From NCBI GenBank assembly GCA_963820885.1, contig CAWGBQ010000003.1, forward strand, positions 15,684 through 79,683: a stretch of 64,000 nt of DNA, given 5' to 3'. Each line of letters opens with the position of its first letter. Within the stretch, counting starts at the first letter, position 1. The notes under the pieces are model-generated. The model made no database searches. It saw nothing but the letters and a program-made list of their open reading frames with translations, and was not told the origin of the DNA. Source of the DNA: an uncultured Gammaproteobacteria bacterium (lineage in GTDB: Bacteria > Pseudomonadota > Gammaproteobacteria > Xanthomonadales > Rhodanobacteraceae). Of this stretch, positions 53,891 to 64,000 are shown piece after piece. The position numbers and the translations under genes are program-made.

Positions 53891-55200
53891 CTACCGCTCG
53901 AACAGCGCGATCGATTCGACGTGCGCCGTGTGCGGAAACATGTCCATCACGCCGGCGGCGCTCGAGCTTGAAGCCGTGCTGTTGCACCAGCGTGCCGGCG
54001 TCGCGCGCGAGCGAGCCCGGATGACACGAGACATAGACGATGCGCTTCGCACTCTTGCGCGGCAGGTATTCGAGCACGGCGGCCGCGCCCGAACGCGGCG
54101 GATCGAGCAGCAGCTTCTCGTAGTCGCGCACGGCCCACGGCGCGCCGCGCTGGTCGGCGGCGAGGTCGGCCGCCGCGAACTCGGCGTTCGTCGATGCCGT
54201 TGGCGGCCGCGTTCTCGCGTGCGCGCGCGACCAGTCCGGCCTCGCCTTCGACGCCGACGACGCTGCCCGCGCGGCGCGCGATCGGCAGCGTGAAATTGCC
54301 GAGGCCGCAGAACAGGTCGAGCACGCGATCGTCCGGCTGCGGATCGAGCAGGTCGAGCGCGCGCGCGATCATGCGCCGGTTCATGCCGGCGTTGACCTGG
54401 ATGAAATCGAGCGGCCGGAACTCGATGTCGACGTTCGCGTCCGTCGATACGGAACGACAAGCGCGCACCGATTCCGGCCACAGCGCGTGCACGCTGTCGG
54501 GGCCGCCCGGCTGCAGCAGGATCGCCGAGATCGTGTCGCCTGGCCGAATGCGACGAGCTTCGCCGGTCGGACTCGCGACAGCGGTTGCAGATGGCGGAAG
54601 ACCAGCGCGACCGTGTCGTCGCCGGCCGCGATCTCGATCTGCGCGATCGTGCGTTTCGCTTCGAGCGATGTCGACCAGCTCGCCGATCGCCGCGATGCGC
54701 GTGCCGACTTCGGGCAGCAGCGTATGGCACTCGGAAAGATCGGCGACGAAGCGCGGATTGCTCCTCGCGGAAGCCGACCAGCACGCTTGCCCTTCTTCGC
54801 GACGCATTTGACCGAGAGCCGGCCCTTGCGGCGATAGCCCCACGGCGTCGTCGGTCAGCGGATCGAGCCAGCGCGCTGCGGCTCGACCTTGCCGATGCGC
54901 TCGAAATTTTCGGCGAGCACGCGCTGCTTCGCGGCGATCTGCGCCGTCGGCGCGAGGTGCTGCAGCGCGCAGCCGCCGCAGTACGCCGAAATGCGGGCAG
55001 CGCGGCTCGACGCGGTCGGGCGAGCGCGTCAGCAGCGTCTCGACGCGTGCTTCGTCGAAGTTGCGATGGCGCGCGGCCATGCGGACGACCGCACGCTCGC
55101 CCGGCAGCGCGCCGGTCACGAACACGGCCTTGCCGTCGATACGGGCGACGCCGCGGCCGTCGTGCGAAAGATCGGTGATTTCGACTTCGTGTGTCTGCAT
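53891..55200 (-). CDS. rlmD: 23S rRNA m5U1939 methyltransferase (apparent frameshifts)
   Basis: [13 protein letters not shown] domain, [50 protein letters not shown]. Confidence 0.93.
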
Positions 55201-55349
55201 TCGGTGGTCAGTCGTTGTGGATCGCAAGAATCGTCACGCGGGCGCGTTACGGGCGACACGCCGTGCCGGATCGTCGCCGGCGCGCATTGACGGTCTGCGG
55301 CGCGGGCGCCATTCTGCCAGCGTTGCCCCTGCTCCGTGTGCCGACCGCC

Positions 55350-56094
55350 GTGCCGAACATCCTCGTCGCCGACGACAATCCGGTCAGCCTGCGTTTCTTC
55401 GCCGATGCGCTCGCCATGCTCGGCGTTTCGAGCGAGCTTGCGCACGATGGCATCGAGACCGTCGCGCGTGCGGGCCGAACGCGATTCGATCTGCTGCTGC
55501 TCGATGCGCGCATGCCGGGGCTCGACGGCGCCGAGGCGCTGGCGCGCATTCGCGCAGAAGCGGGCCCTTCGCAGAGCGCGCCGGCGCTCGCGACGACGGC
55601 TGAAGCGGGCGAAGCGGCGCGTTTGCGGCTCGCCGAAGCCGGGTTTGCCGGCGTGATCGCCAAGCCCGTCACCGTCGATGCATTGCGAGCGGCGCTCGCG
55701 CGATATCTGCCCGATATCGGCGGCAGCGCGCGATCTGCGAAGTCCAGCGCTGACGGACTCGACGACGCACGCGCACTCGCCGCGACCGGCGGCGATGCAT
55801 CGATCCTTGCGGCGTTGCGCGGCTTGCTGATCGCGGAGCTCGATGCGCTGCCGGCCGAGATCGCGCGATTTCGGCGCACGCGGCGATGTCGCGGCATTGC
55901 ACGACCGGCTGCACCGGCTCGACGCATCGGCCGGCTTCTGCGGCGCGCCGGCGCTTGCCGATGCGTGCGCGGCGTTGCGCACGGCGTTCGACACCGGTGC
56001 TGAATGGCCGGTCGCGGCAATCGACACGTTCCTTTCGACCTGCGCGGATGTTCGCGCCCAGCTCGTGAAATCGACGCTAACCATGCGCGGCTAG
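55350..56094 (+). CDS. Receiver + Hpt domain protein (apparent frameshift near 55875)
   Basis: ILVADDN, LLLDARMPGLDG, AKPV; Hpt LHRLDASAGFCGAPAL. Confidence 0.85.
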
Positions 56095-56840
56095 ACGAAA
56101 TCCGGCGAGCCGTCCGGCTTTCGCGCGTGGTCGATCGCCTCGACGATCCGCCGCGACGACAGCGCCCAGGCATTGAGCTCCCCGCCGACGAGATCGCGGA
56201 TGACCGAGCGCATCAGCCGGCGCAGATCCGCCAGGTCCGTTGCGCCCGGCCGCTCGTCGCGATCGAGCGCGAGCAGCGCCGAGCCCGCGACGCGCACGAA
56301 GCCGCTGCCTTCGCGCCACGCAACCGGACCCGAGTCGCCGATATACGCGTACGCCGCGTCGCCTTCGATCGGCACGCCATCGGCCGTGTGCGTCAGCATC
56401 AGCGCATAGCCAAGATCAGCGAGCAGCTCGCGCTCGAAGCGGCGCAGCGTCCATGCGATGTCGTCGTCTTCGGCGAGTCGCGCGAGGCATTCGGTGTACG
56501 CGGCGAACGCGTGCGGATGCGCGTCGTTGCGGCTCGACAGGCGCAGCACCAGCTCGTTGACGTACATGCCGGCGAAGAGCACGTCACCCGAGAGCCGCCA
56601 CGGCGATCCGGTCTGCTCGGCGCAGGTCAGCGTGCCGAGCTCGCCGCGCGCGCTCCAGCCGAGCAGCAACGGCTGCAAAGGCTGCAGGCTCGCGCGCGCG
56701 AAGCGGCTCTTCGCGCTGCGCACGCCGCGCGCGACGAGGCCGACGCGACCGTGATCGCGCGTGAACGCCTCGATCAGCAGCGAAGTCTCGCGCCACGCGC
56801 GCGTGTGCAGGATGAAGGCAGGCTCGTCTTCGATGCGCAT
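56091..56840 (-). CDS. recO: DNA repair protein RecO
   Basis: FILHTRAWRETSL, HGRV.LVARG, LQPLQPL, GMYVNEL, LRRFE..LL..LGY. Confidence 0.96.
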   Translation of the reverse strand: MRIEDEPAFILHTRAWRETSLLIEAFTRDHGRVGLVARGVRSAKSRFARASLQPLQPLLLGWSARGELGTLTCAEQTGSPWRLSGDVLFAGMYVNELVLRLSSRNDAHPHAFAAYTECLARLAEDDDIAWTLRRFERELLADLGYALMLTHTADGVPIEGDAAYAYIGDSGPVAWREGSGFVRVAGSALLALDRDERPGATDLADLRRLMRSVIRDLVGGELNAWALSSRRIVEAIDHARKPDGSPDFV

Positions 56841-56858
56841 GTGCGAGCCGGGAGTCCG

Positions 56859-57755
56859 CTAGTCCGAATAGCCGAACTTCCGCAGCGCCGCTTCGTCGTC
56901 GCTCCATGAATCCTTGACGCGCACCCAGAGCTCGAGGAACACGCGACGGCCGAACATCTCCTCCATCGCGCGGCGTGCGCCGGTGCCGATCGCCTTCAGC
57001 GCCTGGCCGCCGGTGCCGATCACGATCGCCTTCTGGCCTTCGCGCTCGACCCAGATCACGGCGCCGATCCGCGCGACGCCGCCGGCATCCTCGAAGCGCT
57101 CGATCTCCACGGCGGTCGCGTACGGGAGTTCCGCCGAGTAGCGCAGCATCAGCTGCTCGCGGATGAACTCGGCCGCGAGGAAGCGTTCGCTGCGGTCGGT
57201 CATCTCGTCTTCGCCGTAGGCGGCTTCGCCTTCGGGGAGGCGCGCGACGATGTCGTCGAGCAGCGCAGGCACGCCGTCGCCGCGGCGCGCGACGATGAAA
57301 TGCACGGACGTGTAGTCGCGCTCGCGGGTGATCTCGGCGGCGTGCGACAGGAGGCGCGTCTTGTCGTCGAGGCGGTCGACCTTGTTGACCGCGAGCAGCC
57401 TCGGCTTCTGTTCCTTCGCGATGAGTCGCCAGACGTCCTCGTCTTCGTCGGTCCAGCGCACGCCATCGACGATGTGCACGATCACGTCGGCCTCGCCCGG
57501 TACCTGCCGCGCCACGCGGTTCAACTGACGGTTCATCGCGCGCTTGTCGCCCTGATGCAGGCCGGGCGTATCGAGGAAGACCAGCTGCGCGTCGGGCCGC
57601 GTCACGATGCCGGCGATGCGATAGCGCGTCGTCTGCGCCTTCGGCGTCACGATGCTGAGCGATGCGCCGACCAGCGTGTTCAGCAGCGTCGACTTGCCGA
57701 CGTTCGGCCGGCCGATCAGCGCGACGTGTCCGAAGCGATGCGCGGATCCGCTCAT
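56859..57755 (-). CDS. era: GTPase Era
   Basis: GRPNVGKSTL, QTTR, DTPG, NKVD, KH domain LELWVRVK..WSDD. Confidence 0.97.
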   Translation of the reverse strand: MSGSAHRFGHVALIGRPNVGKSTLLNTLVGASLSIVTPKAQTTRYRIAGIVTRPDAQLVFLDTPGLHQGDKRAMNRQLNRVARQVPGEADVIVHIVDGVRWTDEDEDVWRLIAKEQKPRLLAVNKVDRLDDKTRLLSHAAEITRERDYTSVHFIVARRGDGVPALLDDIVARLPEGEAAYGEDEMTDRSERFLAAEFIREQLMLRYSAELPYATAVEIERFEDAGGVARIGAVIWVEREGQKAIVIGTGGQALKAIGTGARRAMEEMFGRRVFLELWVRVKDSWSDDEAALRKFGYSD

Positions 57756-57759
57756 ATGC

Positions 57760-58428
57760 TCATGCCTCCAGCGCTTCGAGTGCGGTGAGTGCCAACTCGG
57801 CCGCGGCCTGCTCGGCGCCGCGGCGCGTCGAACCCGAGCCCGACGTGCGGATGCCGAGCGACTCGATGCGGCATTCGACGTCGAACATCTTCGCATGCTC
57901 GTCGCCATGGCTCGCGACGAGGTCGTAGAGCGGCAGCGGCAGCGCGCGCGCCTGCAGCGATTCCTGGAGGCGGGTCTTCGCGTCCTTCGCGGTGTTTGCG
58001 CCGGCAGCGCTGCGGCCTTCGAACAACGCGCGGACGATGCCGCGGCACGCGGGCCAGCCCGCATCGAGATAGATCGCGGCGATGACGGCCTCGAACGCGT
58101 CGGCGAGGATCGAGTCGCGGCGGAAGCCGCCGCTCTTGAGCTCACCGGGCCCGAGATTGAGACGGTCGCCGATCTCGACGTCGCGCGCGATCGCCGCGAG
58201 CGCCGTGCCGTTGACGAGCGCTGCGCGAAGACGCGTCATCTCGCCTTCGTCGGCGCGCGGGTGCTGCTCGTAAATGAGCTCGGCGACGATGAGGTTGACG
58301 AGCGCGTCACCGAGGAACTCGAGCCGTTCGTTGTTGTGCTGCCCCGCGCTCCGGTGCGTCAGCGCCTGCGCGAGCAGCGCGGGGTTCGAGAATGCGTGTC
58401 CGAGCGCGCGGGATGCGTCAGTCGGCAC
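57760..58428 (-). CDS. rnc: Ribonuclease III
   Basis: ALTHRS, NERLEFLGD, dsRBD AEQAAA. Confidence 0.98.
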   Translation of the reverse strand: MPTDASRALGHAFSNPALLAQALTHRSAGQHNNERLEFLGDALVNLIVAELIYEQHPRADEGEMTRLRAALVNGTALAAIARDVEIGDRLNLGPGELKSGGFRRDSILADAFEAVIAAIYLDAGWPACRGIVRALFEGRSAAGANTAKDAKTRLQESLQARALPLPLYDLVASHGDEHAKMFDVECRIESLGIRTSGSGSTRRGAEQAAAELALTALEALEA

Positions 58429-58807
58429 CGGCGTTCGTGAGGTTGACCGACTTGTCGAACGAGGCGACGAGATCGATGTTGTACATGAAAGGCACGCGCT
58501 TCTCGTACGCGATGCGCAGCACCGGGCCGGTCGCCTCGCGCTTGACCTGGATTGCCTGCGGCGGGATGTCGTGCTCGTCGACGTACTGCAGGTCGAACTT
58601 GACGTTGAGGTCGCGGCGGATCTCCTCGACGGATCTCTGCGCGGCGCCGGGTTCGTTCTTGACCTGCTCCATCGCCTTGACCACGCCGAAATACTCGACG
58701 TAGACCGGCACGAGCTTCATCACGATGTACGCGAAGAAACCCGCGACGCAGAGCATGATCAGGAACCCGATCAGCGTGATGCCTCGGCTGTAGCGGTGGG
58801 CTTTCAT
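58418..58807 (-). CDS. DUF4845 family protein
   Basis: Pilin-like N-terminus RGITLIG; conserved position between lepB and rnc. Confidence 0.88.
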   Translation of the reverse strand: MKAHRYSRGITLIGFLIMLCVAGFFAYIVMKLVPVYVEYFGVVKAMEQVKNEPGAAQRSVEEIRRDLNVKFDLQYVDEHDIPPQAIQVKREATGPVLRIAYEKRVPFMYNIDLVASFDKSVNLTNAGAD

Positions 58808-58845
58808 CGTTCCCCCTTCGTTCCCCAGTAAGCGGTGCGGCGTTG

Positions 58846-59680
58846 CTATTTGATCACCGTACCGACGCGGCCGAAATCGATTCCGTTGTCCCAGTTCATC
58901 CAGATGACGAGCGCCTTGCCGACGAGGTTCGCCTCGGGCACGAAGCCCCAGAAGCGGCTGTCGACGCTATTATCACGGTTATCGCCCATCGCGAAGTAGT
59001 AACCATCCGGCACTTTCCACGTTCCCTCGTGCCCGATCTGGACCGGCAGCTCCATGATACGGTGGTCGACGTCGCCGAGCTGCTCCATCTTGACCTGCGC
59101 GCCCGTCATCCGGTTGGTCGGCTCGGACGGTCCCGTGTACGGGCCGAGATAGCTCTCCGGGATTTCCTTGCCGTTGATGAAGAGCGTCTTGTTCCGGTAC
59201 GTGATCTCGTCGCCGGGTAGGCCGATGACGCGCTTGATGTAGTCCTCCTTCGGATTCTCGGGATAGCGGAACACGAAGACGTCGCCGCGCTTGGGCTCGC
59301 CGACGCTCACGATCTTCGTGTTGAGCACCGGCAGGCGAAGGCCGTACGCGAACTTGTTGACGAGGATGAAATCGCCGACGAGGAGCGTCGGCATCATCGA
59401 TCCGGACGGAATCTTGAACGGCTCGGCAATGAACGAGCGAAACACGCAGGATCAGCAGCAGCACCGGAAAGAACGAGCGCGCGTACTCGATGACGATCGG
59501 CTCGCGGAGCGCCTCGTCGGCGCGCGTCTTCCGCTCCGCAGCCGGGAGCGAGGACATGTTCTCGAGCGCGGCGGCGCGCTTCTTCCTGACCGGAGCGAGC
59601 AGCAGGCGATCGGCGAGCCAGAGCACGCCGGTGACGCCGGTCAGGATGACGAGCAGCAGGGCAAAATCGAAATCCATCAT
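58846..59680 (-). CDS. lepB: Signal peptidase I (apparent frameshift near 59450)
   Basis: EPFKIPSGSMMPTL, DYIKRVIGLPGD, GDNRDNS.DSRFWG. Confidence 0.96.
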
Positions 59681-59708
59681 TCGTTCCTTGTGAGTTCCTG
59701 TCCCAAGC

Positions 59709-61499
<1,791 letters not shown>

Positions 61500-61636
61500 T
61501 CGGGATTCGTGCCGGCCCGGCCGGCGGCGGACATAGAGCGGAATTATCGCAGAAATGAGGGGCTTGCGCCGTTGGGCTTGTTGGCGCGGGGCGTTGCGCT
61601 GGTCGCCTTGGCGCTGCCCTTCAAGGGGAGACTTTC

Positions 61637-62337
61637 TTTAGCCCTCGCCTTCAAGGGGAGGGTTGGGTTGGGTGGGGATGGTGTTGGTTCCTTGTTTGGG
61701 GTTGTCGCGAAGACCGACTCACGTCCGTGTGTGGTTTGTCGGCCATCCATGGCCGCCAGTTACTTTCTTTTGCTTGCCCAAAAGAAAGTAACCAAAGAAA
61801 ACGGCACCCTCGGATTCGCGCCGCTCGCGGAGCGAGCGGTTCGCTACGGGCGGACGGGTTTCGCCCACAGGCCATCCATGGCCTGTTGTCGAAATCGGCG
61901 CGATCCCTCGCGCCGCCCGCGCTTCGCGCGGCTGGTCCGTCCGCCCTCCGCCGCTGCTCAGAGGGAACCCGAAGAGCAAAGCGAAGCAAGAAAAGAAACC
62001 GACGTGTCGGATATATCCGGTGCTTCTGCGGCAGGGACTGTCGCGCTCTGCTCTTCCGGGTTCCCTCTCGGCCGCGGCGAGCAGGCGCAGGAAATAGCCG
62101 CGTGCCCCGCACGCGGGCGCGCGCAGGATGCGCGCGCGTCCGATCTCGGCACAGGGATGTGCCGTGAGCGGACCCCGGAGCCTGCTCGCGTAGTTTGCCG
62201 GCATGGATGCCCGGCAAACCGCGACCGCGAGGGTGCCTTTTTCTTTGGTTACTTTCTTTTGGGCAAGCAAAAGAAAGTAACTGGCGGCCATGGATGGCCG
62301 ACAAAACACACACGGACGTGAGTCGGTCCTCGCAACA
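61637..62337. mobile_element. Non-coding foldback (MITE/REPIN-like) element, copy 2
   Basis: Same ~108-bp inner inverted repeats with the GTTACTTTCTTTTG-CTTGCC-CAAAAGAAAGTAAC hairpin; left outer REP present, right outer REP absent. Confidence 0.8.
62077..62189 (+). ncRNA. TwoAYGGAY-like structured module, copy 2
   Basis: GCGAGCAGGC/GCCTGCTCGC closing stem; hairpins with CAGGATG and ACAGGGATGT loops. Confidence 0.55.
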
Positions 62338-62368
62338 GCGCCGCAGACCGAAACAAGCCGACCCACAC

Positions 62369-62401
62369 AAAAAGAATGGGCGCCGACATCGGCGCCCATT
62401 C
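62369..62401 (-). terminator. Rho-independent terminator after degP
   Basis: GAATGGGCGCCGA-TG-TCGGCGCCCATTC-TTTTT on the minus strand. Confidence 0.8.
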
Positions 62402-62425
62402 AAAGAGAAAAACGCGTGCGCGCAC

Positions 62426-63865
62426 CTACCCCTTCTTCGGAATCGGCACCGCAATAAAGCTAGTCGCATCCTCACGCCGCACAAGCAGCATCACCGAGTC
62501 ACCCGGCTTGACACCCTTCACCACCGTATTGAACTCGGCAACCGACTTCACCGGCTTCCTGCCGACCATCAGGATCACGTCACCCGGCGCGAGCGCTGCG
62601 CGCCGCGCGGCAGCGCCGGTGATCTTCGTGACGACAACGCCATCCGGCGTGTCGAGCCCGATCTGCTTGCGCTGGTCGGCCGTGATGTCGTCGACGACGA
62701 CGCCGAGCGCGTTCGCGGGCGATGCTTCCGGGTTGTTGCCGAGGCTCGCTTGCACCGCCTTCTCCGCCGGAAGCTCGCCGACGGTCAGCGGCAGCGTCAT
62801 GTCCTTGCCGTCGCGCGAGACGATGAGGTCGGCCTTCGTGCCGGGCTTCGTCGAGCCGACCAGCGGCGGAAGATCGGCTGAGGTCGCGATGTCGCGGCCG
62901 CCGAACGAGAGGATCACGTCACCGACCTGCACGCCGGCCTTGTCGGCGCTCGAACCCGGCGTGACCTTGTTGACGAGCGCGCCGCCGATGCGCGGAAGGC
63001 CGAGCGCCTTCGCGTTCTCGCGGTCGACGTTCTGGATCTGCACGCCGATCATGCCGCGGCTGACGTGGCCGGTCGTCTTGATCTGGTCGACCGCGTTGAG
63101 CGCGATGTCGATCGGGATCGCGAACGAGACGCCCATGAAGCCGCCGGTGTTCGAGAAGATCTGCGAGTTGATGCCGACGACCTGGCCGTTGAGATTGAAC
63201 AGCGGGCCGCCCGAGTTGCCGCGGTTGATCGGCACGTCGGTCTGGATGAACGGCACGTATTGCTGGTCGGCGCCGCCGAAGTTGCGGCCGACTGCGCTGA
63301 CGATGCCGGCGGTGACCGAGTGATCGAAGCCGAACGGCGAGCCGATTGCGACAACCCACTGCCCGGCCTTGACGCCTTTCGAATCGCCGAGGCTGACGAC
63401 CGGAAGCGCCGTCGCGGTGAGCTTCAGGAGCGCGATGTCGTACTGCGCGTCGGTGCCGACGACTTTCGCGTCGAGCACGCGCCGGTCGGAAAGGCTGACG
63501 GTGACGTTGTCCGCGCCATCGACGACATGGTTGTTCGTCAGCACATAGCCGTCGGCCGAGATGATGAAACCCGAGCCCATCGAGATGCGCTGGCCGCCGC
63601 CGCGCGGATGCGGAACCGGTGCGTTCGGGCCGAAGAAGCGTTTGAAGATTTCGGGGACCTCCTGGTCGTCGCCGGTTTCGGATTCGTCCGAATTGCCGGT
63701 GGCCTGCACGTTGACGACGGCGGGGCCGTATTTGTCGACGAGGCCCGTGAAGTCGGGCAGGTCCGCCGCAAACGTGCTCGACGAAAGCCCACTCGATGAG
63801 AGCAGCACGAGCACGATCGGTGCGATGAGCCAGCGGGACGTGATCCCTGTTCTCGCTATGGTCAT
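62426..63865 (-). CDS. degP: DegP/MucD family periplasmic serine protease
   Basis: GSGFII, TNNHVV, GNSGGPL, two PDZ domains; upstream of lepA. Confidence 0.95.
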   Translation of the reverse strand: MTIARTGITSRWLIAPIVLVLLSSSGLSSSTFAADLPDFTGLVDKYGPAVVNVQATGNSDESETGDDQEVPEIFKRFFGPNAPVPHPRGGGQRISMGSGFIISADGYVLTNNHVVDGADNVTVSLSDRRVLDAKVVGTDAQYDIALLKLTATALPVVSLGDSKGVKAGQWVVAIGSPFGFDHSVTAGIVSAVGRNFGGADQQYVPFIQTDVPINRGNSGGPLFNLNGQVVGINSQIFSNTGGFMGVSFAIPIDIALNAVDQIKTTGHVSRGMIGVQIQNVDRENAKALGLPRIGGALVNKVTPGSSADKAGVQVGDVILSFGGRDIATSADLPPLVGSTKPGTKADLIVSRDGKDMTLPLTVGELPAEKAVQASLGNNPEASPANALGVVVDDITADQRKQIGLDTPDGVVVTKITGAAARRAALAPGDVILMVGRKPVKSVAEFNTVVKGVKPGDSVMLLVRREDATSFIAVPIPKKG

Positions 63866-64000
63866 GGTCTTTTGTACCTCTGAGATCCCTGATTCCTGGA
63901 AAAATAATGTCGAAACGAAAACGGAGCGATTATCGGGCAGCCGACTCGACGGTTGCGCATCATCGATGCGAGCCGCAATCGGCCCGGCGCGCCGACACGC

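Noticed and set aside
63930-64000. 3' end of a mucB/rseB gene
   Set aside because: Expected from synteny, but no recognisable reading frame in the ~70 bp available

Overview
GC-rich gammaproteobacterial chromosomal segment. Gene order and sequence suggest Xanthomonadales/Rhodanobacteraceae (inference). Many single-base frameshifts, including in essential genes (ligA, lepB), point to an indel-prone assembly, so boundaries of split genes are approximate. Left to right: tRNA-Leu(UAA), FHA protein, ECF sigma/anti-sigma pair, orn, sbcB, DUF2461; a ~25 kb sigma54-type operon (periplasmic adaptor, ATPase, eight tandem ~800-aa duplicated MacB/FtsX-type permeases, second ATPase, NtrC-like regulator, short-loop histidine kinase); epmA, ligA; a secreted M14 peptidase, yigZ and an ABC exporter; an ECF sigma + Ser/Thr kinase + GT41 glycosyltransferase cluster, a cold-shock gene and a second kinase; then the conserved degP-lepA-lepB-rnc-era-recO / rlmD-nagZ-hpt-mtnP backbone. 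Non-coding highlights: two copies of a 0.6-0.8 kb foldback element with covarying hairpins carrying CsrA/RsmA-type (AN)GGA loops and a strand-asymmetric C-to-T halo in flanking DNA, REP doublets, and a candidate small RNA divergent from the first ECF gene. No CRISPR array, rRNA, integrase or transposase was seen.
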